From positions 519,573 to 583,572 of the forward strand of contig OZ316899.1 of NCBI GenBank assembly GCA_973895155.1: DNA of 64,000 nt. Direction: 5' to 3'. Under the pieces are notes generated by a model. It saw nothing but the letters and a program-made list of their open reading frames with translations. It was not told the DNA's origin and ran no database searches. Shown here one piece after another: positions 49,230 to 61,000 of the stretch. Position 1 is the stretch's first letter, and each line of letters starts with the position of its first letter. Made by a program: the position numbers and the translations under genes. This stretch comes from Marsupella aquatica (Eukaryota; Plantae; Marchantiophyta).

Positions 49230-52200
49230 TGTGATGCCTTGCCAGGATCACAAATTAATAACTAAGCCTAAAAAAATGGCTAAATAAGGATAGATAGAGA
49301 GTATAAGGTAACAATAAAGACCGATGCCAATTTCTGCGTGTAGATGATAAAGGAAAGGATCGAACGGTTGAGATCCAGCCGATTGGAGTTATGACCTAAT
49401 CCATGCTTGATCACAAGGACCCCTAAGTGGCGGCTTCAGAGTAAGGTGACCAATACTCTGCCATTTTGCATTCTCGTGTACATGGTTTCGACATTGAGGA
49501 GCGATTGTCAGTGGAGTGCTAAGGTGGATTGGGAGATTGCGCAAGTTCTTGGCATTCGGTGGAATGAACACGGTGAATCAGGCAGGGAATTTTGGGGCTG
49601 TTGTCTTGAAGAAGCAAGGCAGCTGATACCTACGTATGAAGACGTTGAGCTGGAGCACGCAGCCAGAGAACGAGCGAAGCTTGCGCAATTGTGGGGAATT
49701 CACAAAATGATATTTGTAGATGCGGAGGAGGTGTTGGAAAAGTTCTCGTGGACACCCACCAGTGCGGAGCTTGACAAATTGCTGATCCGGGAGAATAAGG
49801 TCGTGGGGATTAGGGAGGCAATCAAGAATGCAGGGCAGCCACTTTGGGAATTGAAGGGTCACACTGCAAAGTGGACGAAGGAAGCCATTCTCGGGGAGTA
49901 TTCAGGCGCTGAAGAGATGAAGCGCAAGGGAGGTTCGGTATCCGCCACTCCAGCAAAGCGAACTAGGTCGGAGAGACCAATCAAGATGGAATTCGGGCCA
50001 GTTAGAGATCAGGCTGTAGAGGATAAAACCATGACAGGGTGGGCAAACAGGTTACCTACCGATTTACAATTACAGTTCGCAAGAGATGAGGATGAGGTCT
50101 TCAGTGCCGTTCAGGATAATAAATATGCAAGATATATGAATGACACTGGGTTGGAGGGCTTTGTCAGGTTGTCCTGGAGGATGGTAGACATATCAAATGA
50201 GGATCTATTGGACTTCGTGGGATGCTGGGAGGCTTCTTCCAACACGACGCTGTTGTATGGAAAGGTGTTCGAACTAACACCTGCGCTTATCGAAGCCCTC
50301 TTCGCTTTACCAATAGGAAGGAAGACTAAGGTGGAGCAAAGGAAGACGTTGTCGGATGACCAGTTCATGTCATTTCCAGGGCCTTCCACTAAGAATGGGT
50401 TTTTCAGGATTCAATGTACCAACTCGCATATAGGGCAGTTGATTGATTTCCTGAGAGTCACGTTGCATTGTACCTTGCCGAGAGCAAACATCGGCAAAGC
50501 CCAGGTATTTTTGGTGGAGAATATCGATGCAAGCCGAGACTACAACGACTATCTCTTAATGCAGTTGAAGAAGGCATTAAATGAAGAGAAGCATAGCATT
50601 GGGGAGGGAGCGGTATCCAAACTAGGGTACCATCTGCAATTACTTTGCCGATATGCAAGAAGCCAGTCTTTTGCACCGGTGTTGCCTATACAGGAGCGGA
50701 TGCCAATCACTGCACCACTTGAGGAGGTGGAGGAGGACCAGGAGCCTCTAAGCAAACAACGCCACGGGAGGAGGTCGGCAACACCGGCAACATGAGAATG
50801 GGAGCATTCCCCTATCAAGGAGCCAGAGGTAGTAACATATGATGTAGTGAGAAATCTGTTGCGCCAGCCTACTCTCATAATAATCCATATGCAGGCATCC
50901 AATTGGTTGAAAGGAAGATGACTGCCGAAGAGAGAAAGAAATATGACAAGCAAATGGATTCGGAGACAGATGAGGAGGTAAGCCGAAGCCAGGAGAGGCC
51001 GGTATTAAGAGCTTCTAACAGAGCCCAAGTGGAGGGACTTGTGGAGGAAAGTCAACCAGCAGCAGCCCAACAATATTCAGAGGAAGAGATCGGGGGCTTT
51101 GGAGGAGAGGCCAGCATGCTAGGTAGTCAGGTTAATGTGGATGATTACGACAACGACTATGTCGATCACGGGGAGAGGCCGGTACCAGGAGTTAGAACGA
51201 TGGGAAGGTTTTGTAGAAGACTTCCCACAGTCTTCTATGGCAAGCCGGAGGACCAGAAAACACCAAAATCTCCTCCACCAGATGTGACGCCATTGGAATT
51301 TGACAAGATGAAGGAAGCTGAAGCCGGGCTACAAGAGAGGATTAAGGAGTGGGGGGCCCAGAATGCAGAACAGGAATGCCAGCTACCAGGAGGAGAGTGG
51401 CCGGAAGAAATAAGACGGCTTAGTGAGAGGTAGGCCGAACCTCTCACTGACTGTGATCAATTACGGGCAGAGGCTTGGGAGAGACAACCTCGATGGCAGA
51501 TGCCAGTGTCACCTGGGAGGTCAAATTACACAAGAAATTGGGCTAAGGAGTATGGAGACATGTGTGGACTCTTAGCCTTAGAAATCTTCGGTAACGAGTT
51601 GGAATCCGGGCCATTTCTTAGAAAAGAAGTGGCTGATCAAACAAGACTGGAGGAGGCAATGACGTTGGAGCGGTTAAAGAAAGAGGAGGTAATCGCTTGG
51701 CTTCGCCCCATGGAAGCCGAAGTTGCTAAGACAAAGCCTGGTCAACCAACTCAGCAGGATCTCTTGGCTAAGCAGCAGGAATTGGAGGTGGCGAACAACC
51801 AATTGGAAAACTACCAATTGGATAACCAGCAGATCAAGGAAAATTTGACAAAGGTAGAGCTAGAGTTAGCCGATTCAAAAGCAGAAGTACAGGGTCTAAA
51901 TCGCCAGGTTGAGAGGCTCAGAAAGACGGCTAAGGATCAGGCCACCCAGAGCGAGAAGGCCTTGGCAGAAGCCCAAAGGAAGTATGACAAGTTACTCGAC
52001 CGGTTGGAGGCCATGCGTGAGAAGCATGATGACGCTATGTGCACAGCGGCCAATGATCACCTAAACCGGGTTCAACAGATACGCAAGGAGCTTCAGGATG
52101 AGCTAACCAGGACAAAGCAGGCATGGATGGACGAGGTCACAAAACTAGAAGGCATCAACGACTCCTTGAAAGCAGTCGTAGATAAGCAAGAGTTGGAGAT

Positions 52201-53839
52201 CGTGCAGATCTTAAATGAGGAGCTGAAGATGGCCAGGTCCGAGATACAACGGCTTAACGATGAAGTTGAAGACGTATCTCAGGAATTGGAGGAGGCCAGG
52301 GATAAGATGCTCGGGTTGCAGAAGCGTGCCGACAATCAAACAGAGAAATTTAAGAAGTATGCCAAAGCGGGATATGGGTCACCAACTAAAAGGCTTCCCG
52401 TCAGTAGTATGGTAGGCGGAAATACAGTGAAGCCGAAGCTGAAGCCGAGCTCACTGTTGTCAAGCGTGATTGGGGGCAAAGCCATGCAGTTGGTAGCAGA
52501 TTTGGCAAAGATGTTCATGGGGCCAGGCGATAATAAAGTTAAGCCCCTTAAAGCCACTCCGGAGGAAGTCGAGAGCATGGCCGCTCATATTTGTGGTACT
52601 GTGGCCCTGAAGGCAGCTGTGGTAGAGGTAAGTACTACGGATCAACTTGGAGCTGCGGTAACAAGTTCAGATAATGGTACTGCTTCTATGGACGCCCAGA
52701 ACATGAAGCCGTGGGTTATCGAGACCGAGCGCATCGGGGAGCAGGCTTGGATTGAGGAAGTTAAGGCAAATGCTCTCCAAGCCGTTTCCCAGGAGGATGC
52801 CGATGCAGCAGCCGATGTCGGGGCCGACAAACCAGAACCCAAAGTCGAGGAAGCCGAAGGGGTCAAGCCGGAGCCGATGGCATGAGAAGGTGCAGAGTCG
52901 GAAAATTTGGACTTACCCCCGGTCATTTGACAATTAAGGAGGGCCAGTCATCGGTTGGAAGGAGGACGTGGCGGCAGGAGAAGGGCTTGGGCCAGAAGGG
53001 CGCGGCCGTTGTAGGATGGGACAGGGCAAGTAGCGCCCTGTTGGCTTAGGTAGTATTAGATGCTCGGTTCACACAGGGTTCCGGGCTAGTCAAGTTTTTT
53101 AGGTGATAGTTTTTTAGGAGGATTATCGTGGTGGAAGGACGTGAGTTTTGGTTAGGATTTCCGCCTTTTCCCCTGAACGCGCTGCAAGGATAAAAACCTG
53201 GGCATCGTGGCCCGGGGGGGCTTTTTCTTAGTCAAGGCTTTAATGTAAATCTGTATTGTTGTGAGCACAGGAAGCTCTCGGCTAAATCTAGACCGCAGGG
53301 TATCAGTAAACCACCAGTTCCCTTGGATTTCTGAGCAATTGTTTGAATTGAGTTGGCCTCGTTGCATAGTTCCCAGATTCTTGCCATCCAAGAAGTTGAG
53401 TGTTATGATATTTGTTGCTTGATCGATTTAAGTCAGATAGGGTGAACTGTTGAGCAAAATACAATCGCATTGTCTTGATTGGAGACTGCCCAATCAAACT
53501 CTGAGAGAAAAGTGAGGATTGAGAGTGTTTAGTCAGTGAAGTGTGGGTTGAGTCAGTCTGAAAAAGACCTTCAGCCGACTTAAGAAATTAAGCCGTAGGG
53601 GTACATTCCGGGGGCGGAATACAAATATACCTGAAGAAGTTAAAGAGGAATTAGGTGTCTCAGTTGTGCACAATTCACAAGCCCAGTGAAAGAATCGGTC
53701 CGGTAAGTGTGGATCAAAGGAGAGGATCGCGTTTCCAAACCGAATAGCTGCCAAAGGGCAAGAGGACGAACATAAACAAGTGGTTTATGATCGATTGAGG
53801 GTAGTTCTTGGGGTTAGAGGTCTTGGAAAATGCGCCACA
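49230..53839 (+). mobile_element. Giant solo LTR (4610 bp) of a family-B sister lineage (B'), containing a long ORF
   Basis: Termini TGTGATGC...GCGCCACA; perfect TSD CAAGC at 49225-49229 and 53840-53844; no gag/pol inside. Confidence 0.9.
49407..52885 (+). pseudogene. LTR-encoded ~1,150-codon ORF (PMD-like domain + coiled coil), two stops and one frameshift
   Basis: ORFs 49407-50795, 50903-51433 and 51500-52885; the last two share a frame separated by a single TAG; homologous to the B1/B2 ORFs. Confidence 0.82.
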
Positions 53840-55918
53840 CAAGCAAAGCACATGAGAGCTTCAACATTCATGGGATTCCATTCACTTGCATTGCCCCACT
53901 GGGAAACTAAGTTGGAAAGAGAGTACAAAGGGGAGGAGGCACTCACAAAGTGAGCCTTGGGGCCGGGGAGCCCGCCTTGACCCAACCTGTGGATTGGATT
54001 GGGGGTGGCCTTTACTCGCTTGGCTGCATCAATGAATCGCTTGGGTGGTCTTCCTTCTTGATCAACCACCTTCTGTTCGAGTCCCTTCAGGTCATGGTCA
54101 GGGGAGAGCTTCCCGGCCTCCTTTGCCTTCAAGGCTCCAGCCAATGCATCCTTCCACTGATCTAACTCACCAGCTGCTTTGATCTGCACCTCAATCTTGT
54201 AAATGCATTCCAAATGTCCTCGGTGAAATGGAGGGGTCTACGCAAATTCCTATACGATCTCAAGTCTTTCAGGTGGGCTTTGATCTTCATCTTGTCATGG
54301 TATCTCATTTGAGACATAAAATTTGAAATCTTGTCTCCCAGCCATTGCTCATCTATGTCAGGTCCGTTGCAAAATGCACCCTTGATCTGATTGATCACCC
54401 TCTTTCATTTTGCCTTCTCAACCTTTCCCCACTGCATGCCTCGTGAGAAATTGCTTGTGATGATCTGCTTGATTGTGCTCTTAGCCCCTACATAGGCTAG
54501 CTCTGTTGGAGTTCCACTCGTCTCCAAGGCAATGAATGGCAACTTTTTCCTTGCTTCCTCTTTTTGACGTTGCTCATCCCTCTGTTTTTGAATTGCATCC
54601 CTCTCCTCTTTTCTCTTCTTTTTTTCAAGGGCTTGAGGAGAAGCAACTCCCGATTTATCCCTCTCCTCTCTCTTCCTTTTTTTCTCTCTAGCTTTCTCCT
54701 CAGCTGCGGCCCTTTCCTCCTCCCCTCTAGTAGCCTACCCTGCTAGAATTCTTGTCTGCAGAATCTGCCCTAGAATGCCACTCAACAAGGCAAGCCCTGC
54801 TGGAGTATTCAAATTCACTTCGCCCAATTGTGCAGCATTGAGATGTTGGGCCACTAAATCCGCGAATGCATTCCCCTCCTTCTCTTGATTCGTCCCATTG
54901 CCACTACCACTAGCACCACTAGCACCATGTTGTCCACTTCCCTCACCACCAGCCATAGCCTTCCGCCTCTCAAGTCTCTTTCTTCTCCTTGCGCGCAGCT
55001 ACACTACCCTCTCGCCTTCTCCGCTCGTTCTCTTGACAAAACATAGGAATGAGCTCAATGCGAGCTCCCGCCGACACTTATGGCATTCAAAAAAAAGGGT
55101 TAATTGAGGGTTTACTTTGGGTTAGGGTTCACTAAGGGTTTAGGGTTAGGGTCCAGGGTAGGGGTTTGGGTTAGGTTTTCATTTAGGGTATGCTTTCATT
55201 TTTCCATTAACATAAAGGGTTGGAACACTCTAGGACTACTTGCACGACACTTCCGCATCTTTTTCAAAGTTTTGGCTAATGCACATGCATTGCAAGAGCC
55301 CGGGCATCTGAAAGGTACAACTTGTTTTAAAGCCTTTTGGTTTATATTGGAACTATTGAAGGTTACAGTCTATCATCCCCTCGGGGGTTTCACTTCCACA
55401 AAAATGGCATATCACGTGCGACGAAGGATAGGGTCATTTTATTGGTTCTAAGGGAAGACTTAAGAATTTTTGTAGAAGAACAATAGGGTCTTTTAAATTT
55501 AATTTTGAGACTTATAAGAATATTAGGGTATTTTTAATCCAATTTTTAGAATATTCCAAGAATATTCCAACTTTATAGGGGTTAAAAAATAAATTTTTTT
55601 CTTACATTTGAGGGGCTCTGAGGCCTAAAAACGTCGCAGGCGAGGTCCCCATATAGTGAGACCCCCGAGATCATCCCTTTCTCTACTTGATCATGAGTCA
55701 TGGTTTATAATGTATTATATATTTGCAGATTTTTCCCTCCTACTTCTAGATTGGGTTCATCAAGTTTGAGCCTGAAGACCTATAGGCATTGCTGAGCCCG
55801 AGTCTCAAAAACGGTAATATTCATTTCACTTCAGTTTAAAGTGTACTTAGGGTTTAAAAAGGATGGTTTTGGGATTTTTTACTAACTCCGGATTCCAAAC
55901 ATTTGTTGCATTTGCCAG

Positions 55919-56131
55919 ATGTCTTCATCCTCTACAACTTCCACCACATCGGACTCCTCCTCCTCCTGAGCCTGAACCAAGTGTACGTCGACCTAGTGGT
56001 CCGCCACGTCAACTATGTGGTTGTAAAAATGTGTGGGGATGATTGTCCAGAAGTCATATGTATGTGCGGACCACATTGTAAGATATGGACAACATCGAGG
56101 TCTTACACTGGGAGCCTCTTCATCCCATATG
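55919..56131 (+). pseudogene. First coding exon of the CACTA-2 SET/transposase locus
   Basis: CAG|ATG TCT start; Ser-rich, PPPP, CGCK(K)CVG...VCADHIVRYG motif (two small frameshifts); phase-0 donor ATG|GTGAG. Confidence 0.7.
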
Positions 56132-56239
56132 GTGAGTTGTAAAGTTACCTTATTTGTTTCTAATTTTATAAATCTACCTAGCATGACTTAGGTTTTGGGA
56201 AGTTGTTCACATTTACTTTGTTGGATTTTTTTCATATAG

Positions 56240-57054
56240 GTATCCACTAGGCCTACACCCACGGCACCAACACCCTATGTTCCCTCACAAGGAGTTCTAG
56301 ATGCTATAGGCTTGGCCCTTTCACAAGCTTTTTGTCTAGTTGCAACAGGGCAAGGAAGTGTTGGGACAGTTGAGGGTGTTGGTATTGTTACAAGAGGGAA
56401 AAAAGATCTAAAAGGAATCCGAGAGGGGAAGTTGATCAGTATACCTGTAGGGTTGATGGTAGGTGGGGACCTTGTATGTTCACAGGGAAATGTGTGCCTC
56501 TCATAAAGGATTGGAATCCTGATTGCCTTGGTTTGCCATGTGATATAACCTATGGTGAGGAGATAGAGGTTTGGGGAAGGCGTTGGGTTGTCAAAAGCTC
56601 TACACTAGGGGAGAGACATGGGTATGGAGTTTTTTCTTGTGAGGACATCATTGTGGATGATATGGGTGGAAAAGGGCGGTCTCCAGATGGACCAACATTG
56701 TTCCCATATGGTGGACCCATTTACAAGAGGAGACATTGGAACATGATCCTTGTACAACACCCTGAGTGGAAGACTTATGCATTGGATATGGATACTTTTG
56801 ATGGCTGCACTAGAAAGTATAGTGAACAACGTATAATTGATGGAGATCCCATCCGTAGTGGGAATATAGCCGGTTTCATAAATAGTACTGTGGGGTCTCG
56901 GCCCAAGCGTAGGCAAAATTGTGAGTGGGTTTTTGTTGATGGTCCCCCTCCAGCACCATATGGACAGAGATATCATCATGACCATTGTCTGGTTGTGGCT
57001 ACAAGGACCATTAAGGCAGGAGAGGAGTTGTTTACTCATTATGCGTGGGATTAG
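56240..57054 (+). CDS. SET-domain exon of CACTA-2 (SET core 56476-57054 open; one frameshift in the linker)
   Basis: GYGVFSCEDI, IDGDPIRSGNIAGFINS and VATRTIKAGEELFTHY; acceptor AG at 56238-56239. Confidence 0.82.
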
Positions 57055-57212
57055 GCTTAGTTATTTTAGGGACTCTCATGTATTACATGTTCATTCATTG
57101 CGTGTGAACATATTTTTGTAAGCTACCCATGTCCTTTTCATATTATTAATAACATATTTGTCTCACTATTATTTGGAGTTTGATTGCAAATGCTTTATTG
57201 TGTTGTCCATAG

Positions 57213-58094
57213 AATGTGCGACCTAGTCAAGATATGTTGCCAAGGAGGTTGAGAGCTACATATGATGAAATGGGCATGCCACGAGACAGAGAAACATCAT
57301 CAACAGATTCCTCATCCAGTGACAATGACATTGAAGGTTCTGATGAAGGGGCACCTAGGACAGATTATGAGGTCATGCAGGACCAGGAGACAGCCATGGA
57401 TGACTTCATGACAGATTGGTTTGGTGTGGACGTTGATGGTGAAGGACGTGGACCACCCAATGAAGGAGCTCCCCCACCAAATGCTGCACATGACCCCCAG
57501 CCTCAACATACACCATAAGGTCAACAACAATGGGAAGAAGCGGAGGCACATGCTAGAACACCTATTTATGGGGGTGCTCGCTTGAATAGACTCTCGATCT
57601 GCCATCTTGGCATTGATGAACCTTCAGGCAAAACACAAGGCAAGCAATGCCCTACTATCGGATTTGTTTGCAATTTGTCATGACCTCATGTTACCCAGTG
57701 ACAATGTATTGCCAGGAACTTGGAAGGAGGCAAAGAGAGTTTTATCATCCATTGGTATGGAATATCATATCATTCATGCTTGTGTGAATGACTACATCCT
57801 ATATCATGAGACCAATGCCAACAGGACTGAGTGTCCAATTTGTCATGAGCCTCGATACGAGGCCAACATGTTGACCTCAAAGGTGCCCAGGAAAGTTGTC
57901 TGTCGGTTTTCCATTATTCCTCGATTGTTGCACATGTATCGATGTTCTGACTTGGCAGAATTGATGGTATGGCATAAGACACATCGATCAGAGGCCGGTG
58001 TCATGCGGTTGCCAGTTGACTCCCCTGCTCACAAGCATGTGGAGTCACAATGGCCAGAGTTTGCCAATGACCCTCGTCATGTGAGGTTGGGGTT
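57213..58094 (+). pseudogene. CACTA-2 transposase, N-terminal part (truncated by retroelement insertion)
   Basis: Starts at an AG acceptor (57211-57212); LMNLQAKH, IIHACVND, FSIIPRL, VDSPAHKHV and DPRHVRLG align with the CACTA-1 transposase. Confidence 0.88.
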
Positions 58095-61000
58095 TGTGGT
58101 GCGTCCCGTGGCTCCGTAAACCCAAGAAACCCCCCAGCTCAAGCCGATTCCCGCAGGTTTCGCGCTTGGCGAGGCCGTTTCCGCGGCTTAGCGGCATGGG
58201 ACGCTGCTAACCTTCTACTATTACTATTAACATTTTACACACATATACTGGACAGATCCTTCATCGGGTCATGAGATACGTAGCTGGCCTAATCTAGGCC
58301 TTCCCTCGTCTTCCCCTCCGTCTTGTTAGGTATGTTTGGATTCCGCCGCCGGAATGATCCCCAATAGGCTTGGTTAAGCCGCTAAGACCTCTCTCAGCTC
58401 GACACATCCAACTCTCACTCCCCTGCTTACTTTCCTTCCTTCTGGTTGATGTGGGCACTCTTCACACAAGTTAATGCGACACACAAATAGCAAAATGACT
58501 CATTCTGACTGAGTCATACCATGCACTTGCCATACAAACAGTACATCTCATACACAAGCTCTGCGAACTAAGCCGTGAGGCCAACTCTATTCAGCTCTTA
58601 GGCATGAGGAAACATGAATATACACAAGGGTCACTGTATGACTAACCGAGAGCTTCTCGTACTACTTGATCCCAACCCGGCTAGTGCAAACTAAAAACTT
58701 GCTAAAGAAGAGGCCCTGAGCTCCCCGCTGCCCAGGTACTTATCCTGGTAGTGGATCCGCCTAATTCTTTGCAGCGTAAGCCTAATCTACCTAACAGTAA
58801 TCTACTTGCCCGGATCTACCTATGTACAGCAAGGCAGGAGCACAAGTGTTGCTCCTACCAGTGGAACCACAATCCCACTAAGCTAAGTGTCAGGGTCCTG
58901 ATCCTAATCCTAAACTTGGAGATCAGCGCCCACCCTGCCCACTCACGCCTCCTCCCTCCACGTCCGCCCTTCCTAAAAGGAACGACGCCCTTGCACCGTC
59001 ACGACACCGGTGGTGGATCCTCAATGGACGCCCCCAACGCTTCCTCCTCAGCCACTGTCGTAGGTTCGTTTTCTGACAGATTACCTGCCCTTGACTGAGT
59101 CAACTATCCATCGGCCTGACTGGGTCCACCATCGGCGTCGGCATCGGCTCGGGAATCATTCTCGGCTACGGCCTCAGCCTCGACTATGGTCTCCCCGGCC
59201 TGCTCAAGAGGCGGATCTGGGATACCGGCCTCATTACTGAGTAGTTCGGCTTGGGCCGCACCACCCCCACCTGTGATGATAGCGGGATCTATTGCCGTAT
59301 TCATGCCGGAGGATGGTGCTGGGTCTACTTCCTTGGTCACCACGACTTGTGGAGTCGGATTACTCCTTGACCCTGAAGGTTTTCGCTTCTTCTTCTTTTC
59401 TGGTTCGGCAGCTGGTCCCTTCCCCTTCTCACTTACTTCCGGCACTGGTGCAGGTGGCGCGGCTTTTTCTTCGGCCAGTACCACTCCTGGTAACTTGGTT
59501 GCCCCAATTGGAGTTGGGCCTGATGAAGACAAGCACTTAAATACTGCGGCTTGTTTCTTCAGCCGCTCCGTTTGGTTGTCGGCCCGTCGCTGGAGGTTCT
59601 CCATCTTCCTCGTGATTTCCTCCAACTCCTCCTGGGTCTCATCCAGGTCCTTGCGCGCCTCCTCTAGTTCCTTCTGGGCTTCCTCCCGTTCTTTTTTCAA
59701 GGTAGTCCTCTCCTCCCGGGTTGCTCTTAGCTCCTTGTCGAGCTCTGCAATGATGACAGACTCCATCTGGTTCATCTTGGCGTAAGTCTGATCGAGCATC
59801 TCGTCCTTCTCCCTTAGGTCGGCCTTGAAGCTGGCCGTCAGGGATGCAAGCTCCTGCTACAGCGCCATAATCCCTTGATAGGATTTTCCTAACTCGGCCT
59901 CCTTCTGCTCAAGGGCTCCGCGGATTTTCTCGAGCTCCCCCTTCAACGCCCATTCCTTTCTTTGGGTCTCCGCCATGGCCCGGCTGTTGGCTGTTATGTG
60001 GGCCTCCTCTGTATTCCTCAGCTCTCGCTTCCACTTCTCCCTCTCTTTGATCGTATCGGCCAACTCTCCCTGTGTCTGAGTCAGTTTATCCTTGATATTC
60101 TGATTATCAGCCTGCGCGGTGTCCAACTGCCCCTGCATGATGTTCAGCTCATGCCGTTTAATCCGCAGTTCATCTTGGGCTTTCTTGGCCGCCCTTAGAT
60201 CTTCAATCTCGGCTTCCATCCTCCTAAGCCGCCGAATGACCTCGTCCTTCTTGCTTCTCTCTAAAGCCACCGCTTCTTCTAATTGGTGCTTCTCCAACTG
60301 CTCCCTATGGAAAAAGGGTCCTACCTCCAACTCCTCTCCAAAGATGCCGAGCGCAAGTTCCCCACACATCTCACCATACTCCATGGCTCTATTCTTAGCG
60401 TAGGTGGAGTAAGTAGAAGTGATCGGCATCGCCCATCACGGCCTCTGCTCCCAAGCCGTCTTGCGGATCTCTTCAATCGTGGCTAGAGGTTTGCTTCCTT
60501 TTTCGGCTAGCCGCCTGATGTCCTCCGGCCAATCTCCTCCTGGTAAATCCTTTTCCCTAGCCAGGGCTGCCTCCTCTTCCTGCCTGATTCGCTCCTGAAA
60601 TTCCTGCACCGTCTGTTTTATGCCGTCAAAGCTCGGGGGAGCAACATCTGGTGGGGGAGACTCAGGGCTACTCTGCTGGTTGGGGTCCCCTCGTACTACC
60701 CTTGGAAGTGTGGGGACAAACCGGCCACAGGTCCTTACTCCTGGAACATGATGGTCCGACCCATAGCCGGAGTTATCATGGCTGCAGTCCTCCATTGCCT
60801 CCTCTATTTCTTGGACGTCCGGCTTCTCCCTCTCCTCTTCGTCGGTAGGAGCTTCAGGCAATTCTGCCTCAGATTCAGAGCTTGAGACTCCCACATACAT
60901 TCGAACACCTGGCTTGGATTCCGTCCTGATTCTCTCCTCGTCTCCAGCAAAGGGGTTTTCTCTTGTGAGCCGGTGTAGGCCTACCTCTGGAGTGGTGTTC

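Larger units (their letters stand above)
48340..54956 (-). pseudogene. Divergent second gene of CACTA-2, with the B' solo LTR inside an intron
   Basis: ORFs 54735-54956, 54162-54398 and ~53945-54213, donor GTGAGT near 53945, and terminal acidic/Gly-Ser exon 48415-48660 ending in basic RKDKGKKPAKRG; IKGAFCNG resembles VKERFRNG in CACTA-1. Confidence 0.5.
47545..58094 (+). mobile_element. Second, divergent CACTA element (CACTA-2), inverted relative to CACTA-1, interrupted by two family-B insertions; right end outside the window
   Basis: CACTACTACACT start (10/12 match to the CACTA-1 TIR) followed by dense TTGCGA/TCGCAA subterminal repeats; same gene order as CACTA-1; transposase cut at DPRHVRLG by the LTR starting at 58095. 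Confidence 0.8.
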
